A stretch of 64,000 bases of DNA from NCBI GenBank assembly GCA_964187785.1, contig OZ076409.1:17548001-17612000 (forward strand), written 5' to 3'. Below are positions 12,834 through 25,163 of the stretch, piece after piece; positions within the stretch are counted from its first letter, which is position 1, and every line of letters begins with the position of its first letter. A program made the position numbers and the translations under genes. The notes below the pieces were generated by a model that was not told the DNA's origin, ran no database searches, and worked only from the letters and a program-made list of their open reading frames with translations. Origin of the DNA: Amphiscolops sp. MND2022 (taxonomy: Eukaryota).

Positions 12834-14019
12834 TGTCATGCCTGACGCATGATAATACTGAACAACGATGCTCTCAACTGAACAACATCAGTAAAAGGTG
12901 AACCGACAATACACGCCGAAATGCAAATGGGGAAAAGAATGTAGTTATATACACGGCATCACTAAAACCAAAAAAACTAAAACTCTTCAATTACATCATT
13001 TCTACATTATTTACATGTCATCACACAACAACCCAATCCCATTTTCATTATAATCATACACACTTAACATGACTTTTCTCAACCCATTCCTAAAGTGCAT
13101 CACGTAATGTAGTTGATATACTATCGTCAGAACTATTTTTAAGTAATTATTTTATTCATTTCTTCATTAGTTAAACCAGGCTATGCTGGTAACTCAACCA
13201 CTCCATTTTATTGCTCAAGAATACAGCGTTAATGACATAAACATATTTCATTCCATATGTAAGTGATGTTGGTAATATAACCACATCACAGTGCTTTCTA
13301 AATTTACATGTAACGATAGTAATATACCACCATTATAGTGCATTATTACTCATTTCAATTATTGTAGTAAATTTAACAAACAATATGCGTAGCGATGGCA
13401 ACGCAACATGATCGTAAAGCCTCAAATAGTACAACCACCAGTATGTCGCAATTAACACCTCATTAGTAGTGCAGTGCTATTGGTCAATACAGTCACGTGA
13501 CGTTGTCACGTGACCGACATTGCGAAATTGATAAGAGGTGCAAAAAGACAGCCATTAACCTTTGGTATAACTTGACGCTCAGTAGCTTACCACATCATTG
13601 CGAAAGATTAACCTTTCTCTTCAAAACTTGAATTCAACCTTAAAATCCCAATTCAAATTCTTTCAACAATTCCAGTTCTTTATACAAAATGGTAAATACA
13701 CGATCTCAGGCAAGAAGTTCCATCCCAGTATTCATGGGTAAAACAAGTAGAAATGACCGTGTTAGTGATTCCGAAAGTGAATGCCGTATTCCCGACCACC
13801 TCACAAGAGAACAAATTGATGAATTAGATAATGAAAACCTCATTCATTCTGAACAACACTCCGATCAAATGACTATTGACCAACGTTTCTCGAGTATGAA
13901 TAGACAAATTAATGAGCTTACTGGACTAGTATTAGCTTTAAGGGAAAAGTTATCCTCCAGTCATGGAGAAGGGAACGATCGAAATACAGTTATCGATAAG
14001 ACTAACGCACGTTCCGACA
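12834..14019 (+). repeat. Gypsy 5' LTR
   Basis: tgtcatgcctgacg...gttccgaca; about 20 substitutions versus the 3' LTR by eye (~98% identity). Confidence 0.97.
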
Positions 14020-14032
14020 TGGTGACAGGAGT
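14020..14032 (+). promoter_or_regulatory. primer-binding site, possibly tRNA-Leu
   Basis: TGGTGACAGGAGT directly after the LTR-terminal CA; absent after the 3' LTR; tRNA identity inferred from similarity to TGGTGTCAGGAGT. Confidence 0.75.
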
Positions 14033-15198
14033 CCCTCAGACCAACCTCCTGGCGAACCCAAACCCAACACAACAATCAACCTCCAGATACCCTCAGCCAC
14101 CCGCCAGCCAGTTCGACGACATTGTCAGTGAAATTCACCATCTACGAGACACAATGACGCATACAGTGCAGCATCCCAAAATCCTGCACACACAAGTCCC
14201 GCTCTTCAGAGGAAACCGGGAGAAATATAACGAATTCGAACACTTGCTACTTAATCACCTCAGACCGCACCAGCACAAGCTGTCTGAAGATCAGAAACTC
14301 ACATATTTCCAGAGTTTACTGCGAGACGACGCCATCGAGTTCTGGCAATCACTGAAGATGACGTGCCAGACCACACTTGCCCAAGTCCTCCGCTACTTCA
14401 AGAAAGAATACGCGAAAGAAGATCTGAAGGAAGTAGCGAAATACAAATTCGATCAAATGCGCTACGATCCGACAGCTGAGACGTTCAACGACTTTTTGAA
14501 CAAATTCAAAAAAGTGGCGAAACAAGCATTTGGAGATAAATCAAGCGACATAACGGAAACCCTTCTGTTCGCTAAACTGCCCGTCCAGATGCAGAACGAA
14601 TTGGCTATGGCTGGGAAACACGATGCGTCCATGAAAGAAATACGGACATTTGTTCAACGACGATGCCAATACGCCCAGCTCATACCAAATACAACGCCAC
14701 AACCATTCAACCAGATCAGAGCTCCACAACACAATGCAGCTGAACCTCAGTCATCGAACTCCCAACCACCCCAAAACCGGAGACGAAACGAAAATTCGAC
14801 AGACAATGCCGCCACGGTGGAATCACAGGCCACAAGTGGGCCGAATGCCGTAAGCGCCTCAGGGAGGAAGCGCAAAACAAAAACAGCCACAACCAACAAC
14901 AACCAGCTCAACCCACCAACACCCAGGACGTCAAACCTAAATACAACCCCAAGTTGGTGTGCCAAATATGTGGCAAAGTGGGACACTCCGCCCGAGACTG
15001 CTACTACAGAAATACGACGACGTCAGTCTATAGAAGCGTCCCGTATTCTAAGCAGTCGACCGAAGAAAACAAGCAGTTCCGCCGCGACTTCAGACAAACT
15101 AACAACAGGGTCTACAACGCGAACGAACTGTCCCACGCCACCAACGATGAAACTGATCATGTCGAAGAAACGGAAAGGCACGATGACGTAGAAGACCC

Positions 15199-15205
15199 AA
15201 AAAAC
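15199..15205 (+). promoter_or_regulatory. -1 ribosomal frameshift heptamer A AAA AAC (copy at 18273-18279)
   Basis: In-phase X XXY YYZ just before the gag TAG; the -1 frame is open from here into ORF 15271 and the protease LLDTGA. Confidence 0.8.
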
Positions 15206-16702
15206 TTCTAGAGCCACGTCATCCTCCACAATCATACAAAAGTGCGCTACTAAATCAACGACAACCAACTATGACCCAGACTCGACTACATACTGGAAAC
15301 AACACGGGGTGGCAGTCCCGTCCTTCAACTTACACTAAGGAGACTACAAACTTTGTCATCACCCGACATTCGAATGATAATTACTCCATTAAACCAAAAG
15401 AAACGAAACCAAGAAGTGAAGTCAACAACATAAATCAGCCTCCCACCAATGACGCAGCCCCTAACCAAACAAACGCTGATACAACAACCACATCCGCCAA
15501 ATCACCAAAACCACCAAGAAAGCTGAAGTACGAAATACGTCAGCTGAGTGCCACTCTTCAACTGAACAGAAAAGACAGGATGCTCTATGTACCACTTCAA
15601 TTCCGTGCATACGAGAACTTCGGTCTACTCGACACCGGCGCAATCCAAAGCGCCCTCTCTGAAGCTGAACTCCGTCGAATCCTCACGGCTCACCCAGCAG
15701 CCCTCCTTGAAGAACTCCCTGCTCCAGAGTTCAAGGTACAAATCGCCAATGGCAATATTGTACCTGTGAGGAAACAAGTCCTTCTACGATTTTTATTGGC
15801 GGCAAAATCTTCGAGGAAACGTTCATGGTCCTCTCGACGATGGGGAACATCCTCATAGGAATGTCGTTCTTTAAAAAGTACTCAGTCACCCTAGACCTCG
15901 CCAACAACATCGTCAAATTCCCGGACATCAAACTCCAATTGCGATCAGTCAACGGCAGATTCAAAATAAACTACTAGAACTGAAGACCACCCAGAAGATA
16001 GTGCTTCAACCAAACCAACAAGTGTTCACTCCAGTGGTGATTGAACGTGATCTAGGCGATATCACCGGGACAGTCAAAGGATTACCTGCATTTAAACGAC
16101 GCACGAACCTACTGGTGTCGCCAGCTCTCAGCGAAACCCAGGAGGGCCGGACTCATGTCCAGATTACCAATCCACTAGATTATCAGATAACGATCAATAT
16201 GGGCACGGCTGTAGCATCCTTCAAAATTTTGACGCCAAAGCAAGCAACCAATCTGCAGCCGATGACCGACCATCAACTGAATCTGATCTCACAGTACCCA
16301 GACGAAGCTGAAGCTGTACTGAACCAGATTTTCCAGAACCCTACTGCCAAATCAGACAGACGATGGTACCCTACCCCTGAGACGTGTGACGACCCATCAA
16401 AACTAAACAAGATCGAGAAACGAATCTATGAGGAGATCATCAAACTCAGGGAACAGGAGAAACTTGATCCGACGACGAGCGAAGAGCAACGACACGAATT
16501 CCTGGCAAACTTTCAGTGGGAACAATCAATACTGAGCCCGCACGAAAAGCAGCAAGTTGAGGCCCTATTGGTTAAGTACCATGACATCTTCGCCAGGCAT
16601 AGACTGGATATTGGAATCAACACCGAATTCAAGATAAAGTTGACTCCTAAACACGACGAGCCAGTCTATGCACAAAGTCTGCCTACACCGACGAACTTGA
16701 AA
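15199..16702 (+). pseudogene. pol: pol copy 1, truncated at the start of RT
   Basis: LLDTGA protease; frameshifts; breaks at PTPTNLK where LTR sequence resumes. Confidence 0.9.
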
Positions 16703-16761
16703 GAATTCAACCTTAAAATCCCAATTCAAATGCTTTCAACAATTCCAGTTCTTTATACAAA

Positions 16762-18285
16762 ATGGTAAATACACGATCTCAGGCAAGAAGTTCCATCCCA
16801 GTATTCATGGGTAAAACAAGTAGAAATGACCGTGTTAGTGATTCCGAAAGTGAATGCAGTATTCCCGACCACCTCACAAGAGAACAAATTGATGAATTAG
16901 ATAATGAAAACCTCATTCATTCTGAACAACACTCCGATCAAATGACTATTGACCAACGTTTCTCGAGTATGAATAGACAAATTAATGAGCTTACTGGACT
17001 AGTATTAGCTTTAAGGGAAAAGTTATCCTCCAGTCATGGAGAAGGGAACGATCGAAATACAGTTATCGATAAGACTAACGCACGTTCCGACATGGTGACA
17101 GGAGTCCCTCAGACCAACCTCCTGGCGAACCCAAACCCAACACAACAATCAACCTCCAGATACCCTCAGCCACCCGCCAGCCAGTTCGACGACATTGTCA
17201 GTGAAATTCACCATCTACGAGACACAATGACGCATACAGTGCAGCATCCCAAAATCCTGCACACACAAGTCCCGCTCTTCAGAGGAAACCGGGAGAAATA
17301 TAACGAATTCGAACACTTGCTACTTAATCACCTCAGACCGCACCAGCACAAGCTGTCTGAAGATCAGAAACTCACATATTTCCAGAGTTTACTGCGAGAC
17401 GACGCCATCGAGTTCTGGCAATCACTGAAGATGACGAGCCAGACCACACTTGCCCAAGTCCTCCGCTACTTCAAGAAAGAATACGCGAAAGAAGATCTGA
17501 AGGAAGTAGCGAAATACAAATTCGATCAAATGCGCTACGATCCGACAGCTGAGACGTTCAACGACTTTTTGAACAAATTCAAAAAAGTGGCGAAACAAGC
17601 ATTTGGAGATAAATCAAGCGACATAACGGAAACCCTTCTGTTCGCTAAACTGCCCGTCCAGATGCAGAACGAATTGGCTATGGCTGGGAAACACGATGCG
17701 TCCATGAAAGAAATACGGACATTTGTTCAACGACGATGCCAATACGCCCAGCTCATACCAAATACAACGCCACAACCATTCAACCAGATCAGAGCTCCAC
17801 AACACAATGCAGCTGAACCTCAGTCATCGAACTCCCAACCACCCCAAAACCGGGAGACGAAACGAAAATTCGACGGACAATGCCGCCACGGTGGAATCAC
17901 AGGCCACAAGTGGGCCGAATGCCGTAAGCGCCTCAGGGAGGAAGCGCAAAACAAAAACAGCCACAACCAACAACAACCAGCTCAACCCACCAACACCCAG
18001 GACGTCAAACCTAAATACAACCCCAAGTTGGTGTGCCAAATATGTGGCAAAGTGGGACACTCCGCCCGAGACTGCTACTACAGAAATACGACGACGTCAG
18101 CCTATAGAAGCGTCCCGTATTCTAAGCAGTCGACCGAAGAAAACAAGCAGTTCCGCCGCGACTTCAGACAAACTAACAACAGGGTCTACAACGCGAACGA
18201 ACTGTCCCACGCCACCAACGATGAAACTGATCATGTCGAAGAAACGGAAAGGCACGATGACGTAGAAGACCCAAAAAACTTCTAG
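16762..18285 (+). CDS. gag: Gag, intact 507-aa ORF (copy 2)
   Basis: Capsid-like region (VPLFRG..EFW..LRYF); degenerate knuckle CRHGGITGHKWAEC and intact CQICGKVGHSARDC. Confidence 0.9.
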   Translation: MVNTRSQARSSIPVFMGKTSRNDRVSDSESECSIPDHLTREQIDELDNENLIHSEQHSDQMTIDQRFSSMNRQINELTGLVLALREKLSSSHGEGNDRNTVIDKTNARSDMVTGVPQTNLLANPNPTQQSTSRYPQPPASQFDDIVSEIHHLRDTMTHTVQHPKILHTQVPLFRGNREKYNEFEHLLLNHLRPHQHKLSEDQKLTYFQSLLRDDAIEFWQSLKMTSQTTLAQVLRYFKKEYAKEDLKEVAKYKFDQMRYDPTAETFNDFLNKFKKVAKQAFGDKSSDITETLLFAKLPVQMQNELAMAGKHDASMKEIRTFVQRRCQYAQLIPNTTPQPFNQIRAPQHNAAEPQSSNSQPPQNRETKRKFDGQCRHGGITGHKWAECRKRLREEAQNKNSHNQQQPAQPTNTQDVKPKYNPKLVCQICGKVGHSARDCYYRNTTTSAYRSVPYSKQSTEENKQFRRDFRQTNNRVYNANELSHATNDETDHVEETERHDDVEDPKNF

Positions 18286-21200
18286 AGCCACGTCATCCTC
18301 CACAATCATACAAAAGTGCGCTACTAAATCAACGACAACAAACTAAGACTCGACTACATACTGGAAACAACACGGGGTGGCAGTCCCGTCCTTCAACTTA
18401 CACTAAGGAGACTACAAACTTTGTCATCACCCGACATTCGAATGATAATTACTCCATTAAACCAAAAGAAACGAAACCAAGAAGTGAAGTCAACAACATA
18501 AATCAGCCTCCCACCAATGACGCAGCCCCTAACCAAACAAACGCTGATACAACAACCACATCCGCCAAATCACCAAAACCACCAAGAAAGCTGAAGTACG
18601 AAATACGTCAGCTGAGTGCCACTCTTCAACTGAACAGAAAAGACAGGATGCTCTATGTACCACTTCAATTCCGTGCATACGAGAACTTCGGTCTACTCGA
18701 CACCGGCGCAATCCAAAGCGCCCTCTCTGAAGCTGAAATCCGTCGAATCCTCACGGCTCACCCAGCAGCCCTCCTTGAAGAACTCCCTGCTCCAGAGTTC
18801 AAGGTACAAATCGCCAATGGCAATATTGTACCTGTGAGGAAACAAGTCCTTCTACGATTTTTATTGGCGGCAAAATCTTCGAGGAAACGTTCATGGTCCT
18901 CTCGACGATGGGGAACATCCTCATAGGAATGTCGTTCTTTAAAAAGTACTCAGTCACCCTAGACCTCGCCAACAACATCGTCAAATTCCCGGACATCACA
19001 CTCCAATTGCGATCAGTCAACGGCAGATTCAAAAATAAACTACTAGAACTGAAGACCACCCAGAAGATAGTGCTTCAACCAAACCAACAAGTGTTCACTC
19101 CAGTGGTGATTGAACGTGATCTAGGCGATATCACCGGGACAGTCAAAGGATTACCTGCATTTAAACGACGCACGAACCTACTGGTGTCGCCAGCTCTCAG
19201 CGAAACCCAGGAGGGCCGGACTCATGTCCAGATTACCAATCCACTAGATTATCAGATAACGATCAATATGGGCACGGCTGTAGCATCCTTCAAAATTTTG
19301 ACGCCAAAGCAAGCAACCAATCTGCAGCCGATGACCGACCATCAACTGAATCTGATCTCACAGTACCCAGACGAAGCTGAAGCTGTACTGAACCAGATTT
19401 TCCAGAACCCTACTGCCAAATCAGACAGACGATGGTACCCTACCCATGAGACGTGTGACGACCCATCAAAACTAAACAAGATCGAGAAACGAATCTATGA
19501 GGAGATCATCAAACTCAGGGAACAGGAGAAACTTGATCCGACGACGAGCGAAGAGCAACGACACGAATTCCTGGCAAACTTTCAGTGGGAACAATCAATA
19601 CTGAGCCCGCACGAAAAGCAGCAAGTTGAGGCCCTATTGGTAAGGTACCATGACATCTTCGCCAGGCATAGACTGGATATTGGAATCAACACCGAATTCA
19701 AGATAAAGTTGACTCCTAAACACGACGAGCCAGTCTATGCACAAAGTCTGCCTACACCGACGAACTTGAAAGACGACCTCCTAGTTGAGCTGGCGTTGAT
19801 GCAAGAGTACGGTATAATCACAACATTACCGTACAGCAAGTACTCATCACCCATCTTCGCCCAGCGTAAACCGAATGGAAAACTGAGAATACTCGTAGAC
19901 CTTAGGAGGATCAATCACCTGTTAAAGAATGACTATAACCAGCATAACCATCCAGTGACGACGATGGCCGATGCAGCACAACATATGGCTGGGAAGCGAT
20001 ACTTCTGCAAACTGGATTGTTCGCAAGCGTATCACTGCTTGCAGATGGCAGACGAGCAATCAATTCAGTTGCTTGCATTCAACTTTGGAAGCAGGACGTT
20101 CGCCTTCCTCAGACTGCCCAAGGATTGAACTGGTCCCTGTCAACTTTCAATAGTACTGTTCGAGAGTACTTGGACCCTCTGGTCAAAGCTGACAAGTGTG
20201 CGCAGTACGTTGACGACATCGGCATTGCAGCCAGCACTGTTGAAGAATTAGTCGACAACATAGAGGCCGTGTTCACCAAAATCAGACAAGCAGGTCTCAA
20301 ACTTTCGATGTCGAAGTGTGCTTTTGGTCACCCCGAAATCGAATTCCTTGGCAGAAGCATTACCAGTAAAGGCATCGGGCCCATCGAGAAGAAGATTGAC
20401 GGCTTCCTGAAAAACATCAAAGTGCCGACGTCAGTGAAATCACTTCAGCGATACATTGGATTTGTACAATTCTACCGGCAGTACATACCGAGACTAGCCG
20501 AGAAGTTAGTGCCCCTATACAAGTTGTTGCAAAAGGACGTAAAATTTCAACTCACGCAAGCCCACAAAGACGCAATATTTGACATCAACGAAAATTTGGC
20601 AAACTCTGCTAAGATGTCATTGAGGTTACCACTTCCTGACAAGCAATTGGTGATCATGTGCGACGCCAGTGAGCACGCAGCCGGTTATGTCCTCTTGATG
20701 AAGATTACACTGAAACCAGCGAAGGTCCGACGAGGTCATATGCTCCAGTGGCGTTTGGTTCACAAAGGTTCACTGAGGGCCAGATGTCACTCACGATGTA
20801 CGCGAAGGAGTTCCTGGCTATGCACTTCGCCTTCGACGAGTTTGCTCATATCTTGTGGGGTGTGAAGAAACCAACCATTGTCATGACAGACAACAAAGCC
20901 CTCACAAGATTCTTCCAGTCAAAGCGGATACCACCCAAGTTGTGGAACTACTGCGATCAAGCACTCCAATTCGATTTCGTCTTAGCCCACGTCCCCGGCG
21001 TCGAGAACCCTGCTGCCGATTACCTATCGAGGATCGATATCGACCCAGCAGACAGGATCCACCTCAAGTTACACGATGAGATACCGGTCTTCAAGGTGGA
21101 AATCGACCTGGCATCCAAGACGCCCAAGCAAGACGATGACGAGGTAGAGTACATCCCTGACGATCATGATGTACCAGATGTCGTCACGTCATCGAACCAG

Positions 21201-23586
21201 ACAATCCAAACACTGATGACGATGTTCCCGCAACAACACCGTGAAAGTGACGACCAATACAACGGACGTATCGAGGAGATCAGGTCTCAGATACAACCAT
21301 TTGTGACGCCCTCTGACCCAACTCTTCTCTTCACCCGATTTCACCGACGGGACCAGGTCCACATGGTAAATCAGGTATGCCGTTCGGGGGTTTCAGAAAT
21401 TGTTAAGGCTCAAGGCGAAAGTAGTGACGTACAACGTGTAATTAGGATCCTTACTGTCCAAGAAACACCTCCTAACCACGTGAACTTTGAAAGTACCTTT
21501 TTCCAAAAATTGTTCAAGAACCGTAAAAGACTTGAAGTGGTTAACAACGTCTTGTACAGACAGTTTTAGACAACGTTGGACACCTAGCTTACCGACAAAT
21601 TGTAGTTCCTCCAGAAAGTACTGAAGCCATAATCAGGACGATGCATGGCGACCCCATGCAGGGACACCCTGGCGCTTCCAAAATGTTAAGTGAACTAAGG
21701 AAATGGTACTACATCCCAAACCTAACTTAAAAGATGCAAGAGTTTGTAAAGAATTGCCAAGAATGTATCAAAGCGAAACCTGCGAAACCTAACACTCTAG
21801 TACCTCCACTTGAACCAATATATGACCCATGCAACGGTCCTGAAGACATCCTTGAAATTGTAGGTGAGTTACCGCGATCTAATGGGTACTCACACATCCT
21901 GACGGCTTGTGATTATTTTTCGCGTTACCTGTTTGCTATCCCGATCCGCAAACCTGATACGAAGCACATTATCACCGACAAAGGCTCTGCTTTCACTTCA
22001 CAAAATGTTAAGTTTGCGCTTCCAAAATGTTAAGCGCTTCCAAAATGTTAAGTGAACTAAGGAAACGGTACTATATCCCAAACCTAACTGAAAAGATGCA
22101 AGAGTTTGTAAAGAATTGCCAAGAATGTATCAAAGCTAAACCTGCGAAACCTAACACTCTAGTACCTCCACTTGAACCAATATATGACCCCTGCAACGGT
22201 CCTGAAGACATCCTTGAAATTGTAGGTGAGTTACCGCGATCTAATGGGTACTCACACATCCTGACGGCTTGTGATTATTTTTCGCGTTACCTGTTTGCTA
22301 TCCCGATCCGCAAATCTGATACGAAGCACATTATCACCGACAAAGGCTCTGCTTTCACTTCACAAGTTAAAGCCGAATTAATGAACAGAGCCGGAATCAA
22401 GGTCTCACACGCGACAATCAAACACGCCCAATCTATTGGGATGGTCGAAAGGTCACACCAACGTTTAAAACAGATTCTGAAAATAAACGTCTCTGCGGAC
22501 CGTGCCCAGTGGGACAGATATGTTAACCTTGCAGTTATGGCGCATAACACAACTTATCATCAGTCCTTAAAATGTTCTCCAACTGAAGTCTTCCACGGCC
22601 GAGTGCCATACAACGCTCTAGACCTGAAATTTAGCAACCCTCTGAATCTACCACGAAACACTGTTGACACAAAAACATTAGTGGACAACCTGAATACAAA
22701 GTTCAAAGAGACGCACGCCAACATCATCAAGGTTTTTCATAAATACAAAGCGTACTACGACCGAAAAGCGCAAGCATCGCCACTGAAAGTAAACGACTTT
22801 GCCTTTCTATTGAATCCTAAAATTACAACACAATCTGACAAAATTCCCTTCAACTCCTTTAAATGGGAAGGACCCTACAAGGTAGTCAAAGTCCTATCAC
22901 ATTCAAACTACATCATTAGAAAGGTGGGTACATTCCGAACACAGTGTGTACATAGAATGCGGCTTCGCCCATTCGTACCACACGACCCCATTGGCGACAT
23001 AGATGACGATGCGAAAAAACACTATAGTGATCCAGACGCTACCGACGACCAAACCATATTTAACGAAAACTTGCCTGCACCCGATATACTAACTCCGGCT
23101 GAAAACACGACTGAAACCGACACTAATGAATTTGAGGGTGTCGATAAAGAACACGGAACAATCTATTACGAACGCGAACAAATGCACGAGGTTCCACCTC
23201 TGCCGAACGCTCTGCCCGATAAAGTTCACCCTGACAAACAATCTGACATGACCGAAGTACAACATGGTATCATCTCGTATGAACGGGAACAAACGAACGA
23301 GGTTCCACCTCTACCCGAGCCATTACGAGATACCGCTCACACAAACAACACTGAACAAGCTGAATCTGAAAGTCTGCCTGAAGAAATGAATTTGCCGATC
23401 AACAATGATGTGGGACCAACCACATCCTCACCTGAAACGCCCGAACCAATCACGCGAAACAATATTACCAGATATAGTCTTAGAGAAGCGCCTGTACCAA
23501 AAACATACAACAACTTCCTCGTTCACGAGTTACATGCAAAACCGGCACTCTTAGAATTCATGCAACGCAAATCAACAAGCCTTTAG
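18273..23586 (+). pseudogene. pol: pol copy 2: PR, dUTPase-like spacer, RT, RNase H, integrase
   Basis: LLDTGA; LRILVDLRRIN, KLDCSQAYH, QYVDD; MCDASE, TDNKAL, NPAADYLSR; HHCC, ITDKGSAF, GMVERSH, WEGPY; several frameshifts and stops. Confidence 0.95.
21672..22365 (+). repeat. 362-bp-period tandem duplication inside integrase
   Basis: 21672-22003 repeated at 22034-22365 (MQEFVKNCQEC... twice). Confidence 0.95.
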
Positions 23587-25163
23587 TAAAATTTTCCTAA
23601 AATTTTATTTTCACATTCAATTGAATGTAGTCTACATCACCACATGCATCAATCATACCTTTAAATTATTTAGTCTACTTTACGCAATTCAGTGACGACT
23701 GATACTCACTGTCCGATTTACTTAAGTATACCGGCAGAGTAAATGGTTACTCTCTACCGAGACAGCTGAGCGCAAAAGTAAATACATGTAATGCAGTCAT
23801 ACACACCGCATCACGTTAACCGGAAATCATTAAGTACATGTAAAACACATGCAAACGAGCTACTAATTTATGCATTTCACAGAAAACCTCAACCACACGC
23901 CTTCAAAGGAATTGCTTTGCAATTCTGTTCTTACCTACCTTATTGCGACAGAAATAAACCAATTTAGCAAAGGTAATAACACACAACCGAACATGCAAAA
24001 AAGATAGCTGCCTTAGTTAAGTTACGCCGCCAAAATCTAGTCCCGCACTTCCGCCCAGGAAATCATGATGTGGTTCGGCTGTGTGGGTGCGTCATCAAAA
24101 GCGCGTATGTGTGGTTGTACAAACATTCAGATGAAGCTTGCTCTTTAGCAAGTGGATTCGGTGTTAGTTTTGTATGGGTTTTTGCGACGGCAAATAACCT
24201 TCCCAATCCAATGAACAACATATAAAACTTTCCTAGGACAGTAAAATGCAGTCGTCACCTCTACATCGAAGTTAGATCATGACACTTTTGTTCTTACTGT
24301 TGATGCGTAGACTTCGCCTCGCGTTAGGAACGAGAGAACAACAAAAAACATGTAGTCATATTCACTACATTACCGAAGATTCGTAACAAGGGATGGTACA
24401 CACCACCCCTTGTCAAAAAGTTCAATGGCCATGGGGAAACCCATCTACCATTAGGATTGACGTTAACACTTGACACACGACACGAAGTGATGACGTCGCA
24501 TGACACACATCAACGATGACGACGTCAAGAATAACGCTACATAAGAAATAAACATATGTAACACTTGACATGAACTGACAGATTAAAATGACACTTAAGT
24601 TAGTAAACACCTGTCAAACAACCACCTAGAGCACTATAAAAGCAGCTACTCAAAAAGTTCAAATCATCTGTAGGAGTTGAGCGACTCCACCCACCCACCA
24701 AGCTTCCATCTCTGTCATATGTAAGCCATAATCATGAACAACGCTGACACGAGGATGGCACTTGGTGAGTGAGAGCTTTTCAATGGTAGTTACCTCGGCG
24801 ACTACTCTACTAGAACTTGAATGACTTGCAAAGCTGAGCCTATCACTCCAACATTTTGAAACCAGCTAACGAAGTTCACACGCAAAAAATTAGTATAACA
24901 CAGTCAACATGTAAATTCACATGAAAAACATGCAACCTAGCCGACCAATCTGCTAAATGTAGACCAAATCATAGGCCGTCACACAAAATGTAAATCAAAA
25001 TGTAACATAATCAAATCACATCGAGCAAATAGCAAATCTACACTGACAAAAAAAAAAGAATCGGAATAGCACAAATAATTCACTGTAGTGAATTATGACC
25101 AAAAACAAACAGAAAAGATAACAGTTTCTAAATAAGTTTCACGGTAGACAAGTTCGCATACAT

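Larger units (their letters stand above)
13689..15211 (+). pseudogene. gag: gag copy 1, 1-nt deletion near 14779
   Basis: Same as 16762-18285 but ccggagacg instead of ccgggagacg; the C-terminal knuckle falls in ORF 14954-15211. Confidence 0.9.

Noticed and set aside
14541..18309. Antisense and alternate-frame ORFs over gag
   Set aside because: Shadow frames of the A/C-rich gag; no motifs or splice structure
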